A stretch of DNA of 64,000 nt from an uncultured Actinomycetota bacterium (lineage in GTDB: Bacteria > Actinomycetota > Humimicrobiia > Humimicrobiales > Humimicrobiaceae). Each line of letters starts with the position of its first letter. The stretch's first letter is position 1. Both the position numbers and the translations under genes were made by a program. The stretch lies in the NCBI GenBank assembly GCA_964423265.1, contig CAYREF010000001.1, forward strand, positions 4,548 through 68,547. Direction: 5' to 3'. Under the pieces are notes generated by a model that was given only the letters and a program-made list of their open reading frames with translations, was not told the origin of the DNA and made no database searches. Shown in pieces: positions 53,620-62,993 of this stretch.

Positions 53620-53973
53620 ATGGAAAATTTAAAAAACATGGTCAAAACAATAAAAGCGCTGGCCGATGAAGGAAGGCTTAGGATAATCCTTCTGTTAATG
53701 GAAAGGGATAACCTGTGTGTCTGTGAGATAAAGGAAGTTATCGGGCTGTCCCAGCCCACTATCTCCATACACCTTAAGTCGCTGCAGAATGCCGGGCTTA
53801 TAGAGTCAAAAAAAGAGGGATTGTGGGTAAATTACTGCATTAGAAAAGAGATGAAGGGCGAAATTAAAAAGATAGTTGAGGGCATTAAAAATTCATTGGC
53901 AGGTGATAGCAAGATTGAAGACGATAGGAAAAAGATCAGAAAAGTTGACCGTAGGAAGATTTGTAAAAAATAA
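53620..53973 (+). CDS. arsR: ArsR-family arsenic-responsive repressor
   Basis: 117 aa. Metal site ELCVCEI (CVC) ahead of the HTH. Confidence 0.85.
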   Translation: MENLKNMVKTIKALADEGRLRIILLLMERDNLCVCEIKEVIGLSQPTISIHLKSLQNAGLIESKKEGLWVNYCIRKEMKGEIKKIVEGIKNSLAGDSKIEDDRKKIRKVDRRKICKK

Positions 53974-54395
53974 TGGGAGAAGAAATGAGGATATTGGTTT
54001 TGTGCACGGGCAATTCCTGCAGGAGCCAAATGGCTGAAGGGTTTTTTAAAAAATACAGGAGGGATTGGGATATAAATAGCGCTGGTATTATGCCTTCCAG
54101 GGTACACCCTTTTGCCATTGAAGTGATGAAAGAAGCAGGTGTAGATATATCTACCCACAGGTCTAAGAGCGTGGATGAATTTATGGGGCAGGATTTTGAT
54201 TATGTTATTACCGTTTGTGACAATGCTAGAGAAAGCTGCCCTCATTTCCCGGGAAAAGTAAAAATGGTTCACTGGAGCTTCAGGGATCCGGCAAGCGTTA
54301 TTGGAAGCAGGGAAAAACAGCTTGAGGCTTTTAGAACAATTAGAGATGAGATAGAGAAAAAAATAGAAGAATTTCTTAAGGAGGAAGAAATTTAA
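53973..54395 (+). CDS. arsC: Arsenate reductase, LMW-PTP / thioredoxin-coupled type
   Basis: 140 aa. P-loop CTGNSCRS, plus Cys82/Cys89 (VITVCDNARESCP). TAATG overlap with arsR. Confidence 0.88.
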   Translation: MGEEMRILVLCTGNSCRSQMAEGFFKKYRRDWDINSAGIMPSRVHPFAIEVMKEAGVDISTHRSKSVDEFMGQDFDYVITVCDNARESCPHFPGKVKMVHWSFRDPASVIGSREKQLEAFRTIRDEIEKKIEEFLKEEEI

Positions 54396-55438
54396 TGGAT
54401 ATATTTATTGAAGCAGTTAGAAGCGGGTGGCTGGCATTGCTGGAATATCTTTCAGCTCATGTTCTAACCTGCCTGGTGCCTGCTTTTTTTATAGCAGGGG
54501 CTATTGCTGTGTTTGTCTCTAAAGGGGCAGTGCTTAAATATTTTGGGACAAAAGCAAAAAAGTGGTTATCATATAGTGTGGCAGCGGTTTCGGGGGCTGT
54601 ACTTGCGGTATGTTCTTGCACTATCTTACCATTATTTGCAGGCATTAGAAAAAGGGGGGCAGGCCTTGGGCCTGCGATAGCATTCCTTTATTCAGGTCCT
54701 GCCATAAATATTTTAGCAATTGTATATACCGCAAGGCTTCTAGGCTATGACCTGGGTATTGCCAGAGGAATTGGAGCTATAATATTTTCAGTGATTATAG
54801 GCCTGCTTATGTCGGTTATATGGATGAAGGATGAGAGAAGGTTTCAGGCTAATGGCAATTTTGTAGCTTCTGCAGAGGAGGGCGAACACTCTAAGCCCAA
54901 ATACATAGGTATTGTATTTTTCCTTTCCCTGCTTGGGATATTGGTGTTTGGCGCCGCCCAGATGTGGATATATGCTGGGGTCTCTTTAGCTATACTTATA
55001 GCTATACTTATAATAGGCTTTAAGAGAAATGAAATTAAGGACTGGCTAAAAGAGACGGGCAAGCTTGCCTGGCAGATTATCCCTATACTGCTGGTTGGAG
55101 TTTTTGTGGCTGGAGTAATTAAATATTTTCTTCCCCAGAGTGTGGTAGAAACTTGGGTTGGGGGAAATAGCTTAAAGTCCAATTTTATGGCTTCTATTTT
55201 TGGGGCCCTTATGTATTTTTCAACGTTGACTGAAGTGCCTATTATAAGGGCATTGATGGATCTGGGCATGGGAAAGGGCCCAGCCCTTACATTGCTTCTT
55301 GCAGGACCTTCCCTTTCCCTGCCGAATATGATAGTTATAGGCAGAGTAATGGGAGTAAAAAGAACTTTAACTTATGTATTATTGGTAATTGTGATGTCTA
55401 CTTTTGTAGGCATGCTGTTTGGACATTTTTTTGCTTAA
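54395..55438 (+). CDS. arsP: Permease of the ArsP / DUF318 (PF03773-like) family
   Basis: 347 aa, 8 TM. Conserved CSC motif (LAVCSCTILP). TAATG overlap with arsC. Confidence 0.7.
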   Translation: MDIFIEAVRSGWLALLEYLSAHVLTCLVPAFFIAGAIAVFVSKGAVLKYFGTKAKKWLSYSVAAVSGAVLAVCSCTILPLFAGIRKRGAGLGPAIAFLYSGPAINILAIVYTARLLGYDLGIARGIGAIIFSVIIGLLMSVIWMKDERRFQANGNFVASAEEGEHSKPKYIGIVFFLSLLGILVFGAAQMWIYAGVSLAILIAILIIGFKRNEIKDWLKETGKLAWQIIPILLVGVFVAGVIKYFLPQSVVETWVGGNSLKSNFMASIFGALMYFSTLTEVPIIRALMDLGMGKGPALTLLLAGPSLSLPNMIVIGRVMGVKRTLTYVLLVIVMSTFVGMLFGHFFA

Positions 55439-55456
55439 GATAAGGAGGAGATAAGA

Positions 55457-55687
55457 ATGAAAATACAAATTTTAGGTTCGGGATGCCCTAAATGTAAGAA
55501 AACAGAAGAAAATGCAAGGAAGGCTATGGAAAGCCTTGGAATTGAGGCAGAAGTGGAGAAGGTGACAGATGTAAACCAGATAATAGATTTTGGGGTTATG
55601 ACTACCCCTGCCCTGGCTGTAGATGGAGAGGTTAAATTTTCGGGAAAAATTCCCTCAGCGGAAGAAATAAAAAAAATCTTAAAATAG
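55457..55687 (+). CDS. Small thioredoxin-fold protein (redox-active disulfide protein 2 type, CPKC)
   Basis: 76 aa. SGCPKCKK motif. Family frequently paired with PF03773 permeases. Confidence 0.7.
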   Translation: MKIQILGSGCPKCKKTEENARKAMESLGIEAEVEKVTDVNQIIDFGVMTTPALAVDGEVKFSGKIPSAEEIKKILK

Positions 55688-55696
55688 GCGGGTAAT

Positions 55697-56740
55697 ATGG
55701 TTAAAAAAAGAATTTCCTTTTTTGAAAGGTATCTTACTGTTTGGGTATTGTTGTGCATAGGTGTTGGAGTGGCTATTGGCAGGTGGCTGCCTGCCTTTCC
55801 TAATGCCCTAAGCAAGCTGGAGTATGCTCATGTATCCATACCAGTTGCCATACTGATATGGCTTATGATATATCCCATGATGCTAAAGGTAGATTTTGCC
55901 AGCATTGTTAATGCCACTAAAAAGCCGAGAGGGCTTACGGTTACCACCGTTACCAACTGGTTAATTAAGCCCTTTACCATGTACGGGATAGCATTCTTTT
56001 TTTTAAAAATTGTTTTTGCCAAATTTATACCCGAGGCTTTAGCTACTGAATATTTGGCAGGAGCAGTGCTGTTGGGAGCGGCGCCATGCACAGCTATGGT
56101 TTTTGTTTGGAGCTATCTTTCAGACGGAGACCCTGCCTATACGCTGGTGCAGGTAGCAGTAAATGATATTATCATACTTTTTGCTTTTACTCCCATTGTT
56201 GCCTTTCTTCTGGGGGTAAGCGATGTATTCGTTCCTTATGATACCCTGTTTTTATCGGTAGTCTTGTTTGTGGTCATACCTTTTGCGGCAGGTTACCTGT
56301 CCAGGATTTGGGTAATAAAAAGGAAGGGACTGGAATATTTTGAGAATGTGTTTTTGAAAAAATTTAACAAGATAACTGTAATTGGCCTTCTTTTAACCTT
56401 AATTATTATTTTTTCCTTCCAGGGAGATATAATACTGGGCAACCCTGTGCACATAGTGTTTATTGCTATACCCTTGGTCATCCAGACCTTCCTGATTTTT
56501 ATTATAGCTTATGGATGGTCGAAACTTTGGAAACTGTCCCACGGTGTTGCTGCTCCTGCAGCTATGATTGGGGCAAGTAATTTCTTTGAGCTGGCAGTTG
56601 CTGTGGCCATATCCCTTTTTGGCCTTCAATCAGGAGCTACCCTGGCTACAGTAGTGGGAGTACTAGTAGAGGTTCCGGTGATGCTTACCCTGGTAAGGAT
56701 TGCCAACAGGACCAGGCACTGGTTTCCGGCTAAAAAATAA
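55697..56740 (+). CDS. acr3: Arsenite efflux transporter, ACR3 family
   Basis: 347 aa, 10 TM. Conserved LGAAPCTAMV. Confidence 0.88.
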   Translation: MVKKRISFFERYLTVWVLLCIGVGVAIGRWLPAFPNALSKLEYAHVSIPVAILIWLMIYPMMLKVDFASIVNATKKPRGLTVTTVTNWLIKPFTMYGIAFFFLKIVFAKFIPEALATEYLAGAVLLGAAPCTAMVFVWSYLSDGDPAYTLVQVAVNDIIILFAFTPIVAFLLGVSDVFVPYDTLFLSVVLFVVIPFAAGYLSRIWVIKRKGLEYFENVFLKKFNKITVIGLLLTLIIIFSFQGDIILGNPVHIVFIAIPLVIQTFLIFIIAYGWSKLWKLSHGVAAPAAMIGASNFFELAVAVAISLFGLQSGATLATVVGVLVEVPVMLTLVRIANRTRHWFPAKK

Positions 56741-56761
56741 ATATTAGAGGGAGAATTTTTA

Positions 56762-57601
56762 ATGCTATTTAAAAAAATATTAATTTCAATAGATTTTTCG
56801 GAGGAATCAAAACTTCTCCTGGATTGTGTTGGGGAGTTTAAAAACCTTGGGTTGGAGGAAGTCATATTAACCCATGTTGTAGATATTAGTTCTGCAGGAG
56901 GAAACGCCTCTGACTTTGTGGCTCCAAACCGGAAAAGACTGGATAAGATAAGAAAGAACTTGGAGACAGAGGGGGTTAAGTCCAAGGTAATAGTGAAAAT
57001 AGGATTTCCAGCAGAGGAAATAAACAGCATTGCTAAAGAAGAAAATGTATCCATGATAGTTACGGGTTCACATGGGGCAGGCTTTATAAAAAGCTTCTTT
57101 ATGGGGAGTACCGCATTTGACCTGTTAAGGATTACCGAGACTCCACTGCTTATTGAACGGTTTAAAAAAGAAAAAGGGGAGCTAGCACCATACTGCCGCC
57201 TAAAATTTCCTAAAGTGCTTATACCCACAGATTTTTCAGAATGTTCGGCCAAGTTGTTGGATGTCGTGAGGGAAAACAGGGACAGTTTTAACCAGGTTTA
57301 TATTATCCATGTAATAGAGAAGGCCCACAGCAAGAAACATTTTGAAAAAGTAAAAGGGGAAGCTGAGAGCATATTAAAAGAAATTAAAGATGGCATAACC
57401 GGTAATATAAAAGTGAATACAGAGATAAAAGTGGGAGATGCTGCAAAAAATATAATAGAAGCAGCCCAGAGGGAAGAGGTTTCTTTGATTATGCTAGCTA
57501 AAAGGGGCCAGAGCGCAACTAAAGAAATTATTTTGGGAAGTACTGCCCAAAATGTGGCGTTTCACTCTACCAAAAATCCAGTACTGGTTATTCCATGTTA
57601 A
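56762..57601 (+). CDS. Universal stress protein, tandem UspA domains
   Basis: 279 aa, two USP repeats (G.HG motifs). Confidence 0.75.
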   Translation: MLFKKILISIDFSEESKLLLDCVGEFKNLGLEEVILTHVVDISSAGGNASDFVAPNRKRLDKIRKNLETEGVKSKVIVKIGFPAEEINSIAKEENVSMIVTGSHGAGFIKSFFMGSTAFDLLRITETPLLIERFKKEKGELAPYCRLKFPKVLIPTDFSECSAKLLDVVRENRDSFNQVYIIHVIEKAHSKKHFEKVKGEAESILKEIKDGITGNIKVNTEIKVGDAAKNIIEAAQREEVSLIMLAKRGQSATKEIILGSTAQNVAFHSTKNPVLVIPC

Positions 57602-57651
57602 ATATTTAGCGAAAGTAATAAATCCAGGTTATTTAAAGAACCATAGAGGAG

Positions 57652-58035
57652 ATGATAAAAATGAAAAATAATAAAAAGATTGCCCTGGTTGCCTGCTCAG
57701 GCGCTTCCAATACAGGGCAGACTACTAATGAAGTTGCAAAAAGGCTAAGCCTTGAGTCAGATGATTATACCATGGTATGCCTGGCGGCATTAACCCTGGG
57801 GCATGAAAATTCACTAAATAAAATAGAGAATGCCTCAAAAATTGTGGTAATTGATGGTTGTCCTGTTAAGTGTGCATCTAAAATTTTAGCAGAATACACC
57901 GGAAAGAAGGCTGATCTGGATATCCAGGTTATGGAAGACTACAGTATAAAAAAAGAGCCTAAGCCTGCATTTGAAGATAGTGATATAGAAAAGATAGCAA
58001 AGGATATAAGAGAAAAGATAGGTGAAGGCACATAA
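57652..58035 (+). CDS. DGC-domain protein (putative zinc-binding)
   Basis: 127 aa. Conserved VIDGCPVKC, plus N-terminal CSG and CLAAL Cys. Confidence 0.55.
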   Translation: MIKMKNNKKIALVACSGASNTGQTTNEVAKRLSLESDDYTMVCLAALTLGHENSLNKIENASKIVVIDGCPVKCASKILAEYTGKKADLDIQVMEDYSIKKEPKPAFEDSDIEKIAKDIREKIGEGT

Positions 58036-58036
58036 A

Positions 58037-58297
58037 ATGGATTTAAATGACATACCCAGAAGTGAAATAGACTGGTTTCCTGCCATTGATTACGGCAAAT
58101 GTGACAACTGTGATGTTTGTATAGACTTCTGTCCTAATGGAGTTTATGAAAGGGTGGAAGAAAAAATTGAGGTACAAAATCCCTATAATTGCACGATTGG
58201 CTGTAATGGTTGTGAGCCAGTCTGTCGGCAGAAAGCTATTAGTTTCCCTTCATTAGATGTAATTACCCAGGCTAAAAAGAAATGGGGTGCTAAATAG
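58037..58297 (+). CDS. 2[4Fe-4S] ferredoxin
   Basis: CDNCDVCIDFCP and CTIGCNGCEPVC. ORF-track start 58022; the ATG at 58037 avoids overlap. Confidence 0.75.
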   Translation: MDLNDIPRSEIDWFPAIDYGKCDNCDVCIDFCPNGVYERVEEKIEVQNPYNCTIGCNGCEPVCRQKAISFPSLDVITQAKKKWGAK

Positions 58298-58303
58298 AAT
58301 GCT

Positions 58304-59461
58304 ATGGCAATTTATTTAGACCATAATGCAACTACTCCTATAAGGGAAGAAGTCTGCAATCTTTTGGATAAATGCAATAGAGGTACATATGGAAACCCCT
58401 CTTCTCCTTACCAGATTGCCAGGAAAAGCAGGGAAAAATTAGAATTTTCCAGAGAAAGAATAGCAAACCTAATTGGATGTAGCACCCAAGAGATAATATT
58501 TACAAGCGGGGGAACCGAGTCAAATAATTTGGCAATACAGGGAGTACTTGGGTCTGGAAAGGGCCATGCAATAAGCACCCAGATAGAGCATCTTTCAGTA
58601 TTAGGCGTTTTTAGGAAGGTTGAAAGAGAAAAGGAGTTTAGGGTTACTTATCTTCCCGTGGATAGCAATGGGTTTGTATCTTTAGATGATTTTAAGGACA
58701 GTATAAGAGAGGATACAGTTTTTGTTTCAATTATGTTGGCAAATAACGAAATAGGTTCAGTGCAAAGAATAAAGGAAATGGTAAAAGTTGCAAAAAAAGA
58801 AAATAAGGGGATTATTTTCCATACAGATGCAGTGCAGGGGCTGGGTAAATTAGAAATAGATGCCAAAGATATGGGGGTTGATTTAATGTCTCTATCATCG
58901 CATAAAATATATGGCCCCAAGGGTGTTGGAGCTCTTTATATTAAAAAAGGCACCAGGATTGCCCCTTTGTTTTCAGGAGGGCACCAGGAGAAAAAAATTA
59001 GGCCTGGAACTGAAAACCTACCCTCCATTATTGGATTTGGGCTTGCGGGAGAACTGGTTAAAGAGAATATGGATGGAAATATAAAAAAACTAAGAAGAAT
59101 CAGGGACTTATTAAAGGATAATTTAGTTAAAAACCTGGAAGGTATTGTAGAGATAAAAATAAACAGCCCTTCTGCAAGGTGCCTGCCAAATACTTTAAAT
59201 GTTAGTTTTAGGGGTATTGATTCTGAATTATTAATATCCTATCTAAGCAAGGATGAAATATTTGTATCCTCTGGTTCAGCCTGTACCACTGGAAGCCTTG
59301 AACCATCTCATGTCCTTATGGCTATGGGGTTAAGGCCAGGGCTTGCAAAAAGCGCAATAAGGTTTTCCATTGGGTTAGATAACAGCAGGGAAGAAATGGA
59401 GATTGTTGCTGCTAAAGTAAGAGAAATAATTTTAACAAAACTGGAAAACAATGCTAGTTAA
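58304..59461 (+). CDS. Cysteine desulfurase (class I NifS/IscS-like)
   Basis: 385 aa. PLP Lys in SLSSHKIYGPKG. Active Cys in SSGSAC. Confidence 0.88.
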   Translation: MAIYLDHNATTPIREEVCNLLDKCNRGTYGNPSSPYQIARKSREKLEFSRERIANLIGCSTQEIIFTSGGTESNNLAIQGVLGSGKGHAISTQIEHLSVLGVFRKVEREKEFRVTYLPVDSNGFVSLDDFKDSIREDTVFVSIMLANNEIGSVQRIKEMVKVAKKENKGIIFHTDAVQGLGKLEIDAKDMGVDLMSLSSHKIYGPKGVGALYIKKGTRIAPLFSGGHQEKKIRPGTENLPSIIGFGLAGELVKENMDGNIKKLRRIRDLLKDNLVKNLEGIVEIKINSPSARCLPNTLNVSFRGIDSELLISYLSKDEIFVSSGSACTTGSLEPSHVLMAMGLRPGLAKSAIRFSIGLDNSREEMEIVAAKVREIILTKLENNAS

Positions 59462-59999
59462 AAATTTTGAAATAAAGGAAGTTTTGCCCTGTTTAGCAGA
59501 TCCAGAAAAAATTAGGGTAATTGCAGAAATTTCAAATGATGCAAGGGAGGTTTTGCCTTATATAAATTCAGTTAACAGTAAAGCCATATATATAAGAGGA
59601 GCCAATACCCTTACTTTTGGCAAGCAAGGAAAACTTATAACCATACATCCTAAAAAAATTGCAGTAACCAAACTAAAAGATGAGCAGGAAGCAAAAAAGA
59701 TATTAGGTGAAGTAATTGATATGATAAACGAAGTAGACAGCAGAAAAGATGAAATAGAGCCAAACTTTAAAAGGAGGGAAAAACCGGGAATACTGGAGAT
59801 TTTAAGGTGGTTGCCAAAAACAAATTGCGGAAGCTGTGGGGAGACCACTTGCATGGCTTTTGTGGCAAGGCTGTTAAAAGAAGAAGTTAGCATACTGAAA
59901 TGTAAAAAATTATTTGAGCCAGAATTTAAAAAAAGCAGGGAAAAGATACTCGAATTATTACAAAGGGCAGGGTTTGAAATTCCTTCTGCATTTAATTAG
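59451..59999 (+). CDS. Fe-S binding protein with RnfB/AcsC-type Cys4 motif (PF04060-like) at C-terminus
   Basis: 182 aa. LPKTNCGSCGETTCMAFVARL resembles the putative Fe-S cluster motif of RnfB and CFeSP N-termini. N-terminal 110 aa uncharacterised. 11-nt overlap with the desulfurase gene. Confidence 0.5.
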   Translation: MLVKNFEIKEVLPCLADPEKIRVIAEISNDAREVLPYINSVNSKAIYIRGANTLTFGKQGKLITIHPKKIAVTKLKDEQEAKKILGEVIDMINEVDSRKDEIEPNFKRREKPGILEILRWLPKTNCGSCGETTCMAFVARLLKEEVSILKCKKLFEPEFKKSREKILELLQRAGFEIPSAFN

Positions 60000-60004
60000 C
60001 GGAG

Positions 60005-60241
60005 GTGGTAAAAGTGAAAAAACATGTAAAGGATAAAATAGTTCTAAGCTTAAACCCAAAAGAATATTACAAACTAAAAGAAGCAATAATAGATGAAGAT
60101 AAAAATAAAGCTATGGAATTTGTTAAGGAGGTTTTAGCCAAAAAATTAAAGGAGATAGAAAGGCAGGGCTGCGCGCCTGTATTTGAAGCAAGTTACAGCC
60201 CAGGGCAAAAGGATAAATACAAGAGGGGGAATGGCAGTTGA
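60005..60241 (+). CDS. Hypothetical small protein
   Basis: 78 aa, charged/helical. Tightly coupled between the flanking genes. Confidence 0.35.
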   Translation: MVKVKKHVKDKIVLSLNPKEYYKLKEAIIDEDKNKAMEFVKEVLAKKLKEIERQGCAPVFEASYSPGQKDKYKRGNGS

Positions 60242-60972
60242 TGGGTGAGTTAAGTAAACATATTAAAGTTTTAAGCGATATACTAAGCTTGGATAAAAAA
60301 CCAGTAGGAATTAAGTTTTTAAAGGCAGAAAATGTTAGTAATTTCCAGAATTTTGACAGACCTAAAGTAAGGTTTTGCCAGGCAATCAATCTTGTACAAA
60401 AAGGGAAAAATATTTTATTAGACAAGAAAAATATTTCCTGTCCTGCAGCGGCAGCAGCATTTGGTTTCAAGGAGTTACCCCCTATACTTTCTTCAGGTAA
60501 GATGCTTTACAATATGGGGCTGTTTTCAGATCCTAAAGTGGGAAAAAAAATGATGGAACAGGTCCCTAGGTTAGAGCTTGGCCGATACCGTGCGGTTGCT
60601 CTAACCTCAAGCGTGGAGTCTAGTTTTAGCCCCCAGGTAATTATAATTGAAACCCAGCCTGAGAAAATAATGTGGTTGCTTCTGGCTTCAATATATAAAA
60701 GCGGAGAAAGGCTTAATCTATCTACTGGAGTGTTCCAAGCTACTTGTGTGGATACTGCCGTAATTCCTTTTAAGATCGGCAAACTAAATGCATGCTGGGG
60801 GTGTTATGGTTGCAGGGATGCTACAGATATAAGAGAGGATGAAGGAGTAATAGGTATTCCGGATAATGATTTGGCCCAGATTGTTGAAAATTTAAAAAAG
60901 TTAGTGGCTAAACCCATGGTTAATGCCAGGAAAAAAATGGCCTATTCTTCAATTAAAAAGTATCTAAACTAA
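60238..60972 (+). CDS. DUF169 family protein
   Basis: 244 aa. N-terminal KPVGIKF signature, conserved Cys (CPAAAAAFGF, CWGCYGC). 4-nt overlap with the upstream gene. Confidence 0.6.
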   Translation: MMGELSKHIKVLSDILSLDKKPVGIKFLKAENVSNFQNFDRPKVRFCQAINLVQKGKNILLDKKNISCPAAAAAFGFKELPPILSSGKMLYNMGLFSDPKVGKKMMEQVPRLELGRYRAVALTSSVESSFSPQVIIIETQPEKIMWLLLASIYKSGERLNLSTGVFQATCVDTAVIPFKIGKLNACWGCYGCRDATDIREDEGVIGIPDNDLAQIVENLKKLVAKPMVNARKKMAYSSIKKYLN

Positions 60973-61035
60973 CAAGAAGAGGGTAGATTAATAGTTTTTA
61001 AAAGTGTGTAAACCAGGCAAGGGCAAGGAGTAGAA

Positions 61036-61671
61036 ATGAGTTTAAAGATTAAAATAATTATTCTTGCTGTAGCGGTGATTTCGGTGGCCGCAGGCATTTT
61101 TACAGCAGTCCAAGGATTTTCTAAAAATATTAATCCTCAGGAGCTTATTGAGGAAGAAGAAAGTAATGGCAGCCAGGATGCTAGTGAAAACCAGACCGCA
61201 GATCCTGGAGGCAATAAAGCTACAGAAGAACAACAAAAAAGCAGTGAGGAAGAATCAAACGAATCTTCTGTAGAAAATGACAGCGAAGAAGAAAAGGAGG
61301 AAAGCAGGGCTAATAAAAATTTAAAAACAGTGTATGAAGAAATATTAAAATCAGGGAAGCCTTCTATTATAGTATTTTCATATGATGCAGAATGCTGTGA
61401 AAGCACTAAGATATTTTTTGAAAATTATAATAAAAAGGCATTTGAGATTATTAACGCTAACAAGGAAAAATTTGACACTTTGTTTATAAATACTGGTATC
61501 TTGGGAAAGGAAGATATGGAGGCTGCTTTAAAAATCGCAGAAGATAATGGGGTAGTTAACTTGCCTTCTATTTTAATACTAGATTCAAAGGGCAAACCCT
61601 ATAAGGTGATTGGAGGCATTTTTGAAGAATCTGAGATAAATAAGGCATTGGAGGGGGTAAAAAATGCTTAA
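61036..61671 (+). CDS. Membrane-anchored thioredoxin-like fold protein with acidic low-complexity linker (atypical CC motif)
   Basis: 211 aa. Signal anchor, Glu/Ser-rich linker, C-terminal Trx-like domain. Translationally coupled to ccdA. Confidence 0.4.
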   Translation: MSLKIKIIILAVAVISVAAGIFTAVQGFSKNINPQELIEEEESNGSQDASENQTADPGGNKATEEQQKSSEEESNESSVENDSEEEKEESRANKNLKTVYEEILKSGKPSIIVFSYDAECCESTKIFFENYNKKAFEIINANKEKFDTLFINTGILGKEDMEAALKIAEDNGVVNLPSILILDSKGKPYKVIGGIFEESEINKALEGVKNA

Positions 61672-62332
61672 CCTTGATACCAGCAGTAGCTTATATATAG
61701 TGTTGGCCATAGTTTTTTCCAGCGGCTTTATTAGCGGCCTTAGCCCCTGCACCCTTCCCACGGTGGCATTTGTGACCGCTTATGTGGGGGGAGCAAGGGG
61801 TGCCAGTAAAAAGAAAGGGTTTATACTATCCCTCGCCTTTATACTGGGCATAGCTGTAATGCTTTCTCTGCTGGGAGTATTTGCTGGCCTTATAGGGGGG
61901 ATTATAAATAATACGGTTGTCCTCAACCTTATTACAGCCGTGGTGCTTTTGGCCATGGGCCTGTGGCTGCTTAGGGTTATAAAGATAAATCTTAATTGGA
62001 GTTTTTCTAAAATTAGCCCAAAGAAAGGAAGTGGCATACTTGGTGCATTCCTTTTAGGAATTCCCTTTGGCATCGCAGCCTCACCATGCACCATGCCGGT
62101 AACTCTTTCTGTACTTGCCTTTTCCTCTTTGAAGGGAAGTGCTGCCTATGGCATGCTTTTAATGTTTGTGTTTGCTATTGGAAGAAGTATTCCATTGCTA
62201 ATTGTGGGAACCTTTACCGGGATATTAAAAAACTTATCTTTTTTATCCAAATACCAGAATAAAATAGAAAAGGTTGCAGGAGTTATACTGATTGGTCTGG
62301 CAATTTATTTTGTGGTGCAATCTTTTCTATAG
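61664..62332 (+). CDS. ccdA: Cytochrome c-type biogenesis / thiol-disulfide transporter CcdA (DsbD TM domain)
   Basis: 222 aa, 6 TM. Cys in GLSPCTLP and AASPCTMP. Confidence 0.75.
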   Translation: MLNLDTSSSLYIVLAIVFSSGFISGLSPCTLPTVAFVTAYVGGARGASKKKGFILSLAFILGIAVMLSLLGVFAGLIGGIINNTVVLNLITAVVLLAMGLWLLRVIKINLNWSFSKISPKKGSGILGAFLLGIPFGIAASPCTMPVTLSVLAFSSLKGSAAYGMLLMFVFAIGRSIPLLIVGTFTGILKNLSFLSKYQNKIEKVAGVILIGLAIYFVVQSFL

Positions 62333-62348
62333 GAAATGAAGGGTTTAA

Positions 62349-62750
62349 TTAACTATTATTCTTACTTGAATTTGAAAAATTTAGGTTATTATATCTGCTT
62401 AAAAATAGTTCCAGGGTCTTTTTCCTTTTTTTTAACTCCGCAGACCAGCTGGTCAGCATTCCTGTCCCTTCCGGGGTTATGGAATATATTTTTTTAGCCG
62501 GTCCACTTCCACCGGTTTCCCACCTGGATTCTATAAAACCTTCTGACTCCAATGTTTTTAGCGTCCGATATATTGAGCCTGGGTCAGAATCTGAATCTGA
62601 AAAGCCCATCTCCGAATATCTTTCTGTAAGCTCATACCCATGTGAAGGTTTCTCTGCCAGAAGCAGCAGGATTGCAGGTATTAGAAACCTGCTCATCCTC
62701 CCGCTCCTGCAAGAGCACCTGCTAGTATTTTCTTGGTGATCATCACACAT
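62349..62750 (-). CDS. PadR-family transcriptional regulator
   Basis: 133 aa PadR winged helix (LLLLAEKPSHGYEL). Confidence 0.75.
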   Translation of the reverse strand: MCDDHQENTSRCSCRSGRMSRFLIPAILLLLAEKPSHGYELTERYSEMGFSDSDSDPGSIYRTLKTLESEGFIESRWETGGSGPAKKIYSITPEGTGMLTSWSAELKKRKKTLELFLSRYNNLNFSNSSKNNS

Positions 62751-62767
62751 TGCAGGTCCTCTCCTAT

Positions 62768-62974
62768 TTACCCTAACTCTTTTATTCTTTTTTCAGTTTC
62801 AGCAATTTCGCCTTCCAGCATCTGCCGGTAGTTTTTTAACTGTTTTAGCTGCTCTTCTTTTGAGGGAAAGGCAGGCTTAAAGCTATGATGGTGGGAGCTG
62901 TGGTGGGAGCCAATATTTTCTCCACAGCAACAGCCCGTAGACGGCTGGTGGTTATACTTCTTTGTATCACACAT
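62768..62974 (-). CDS. DUF5320-like coiled-coil protein with Cys/His-rich N-terminus
   Basis: 68 aa. GCCCGENIGSHHSSHHH followed by a heptad coiled coil. Directly upstream of padR on the same strand. Confidence 0.4.
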   Translation of the reverse strand: MCDTKKYNHQPSTGCCCGENIGSHHSSHHHSFKPAFPSKEEQLKQLKNYRQMLEGEIAETEKRIKELG

Positions 62975-62993
62975 ATTATTTCCTCCTTATTTT

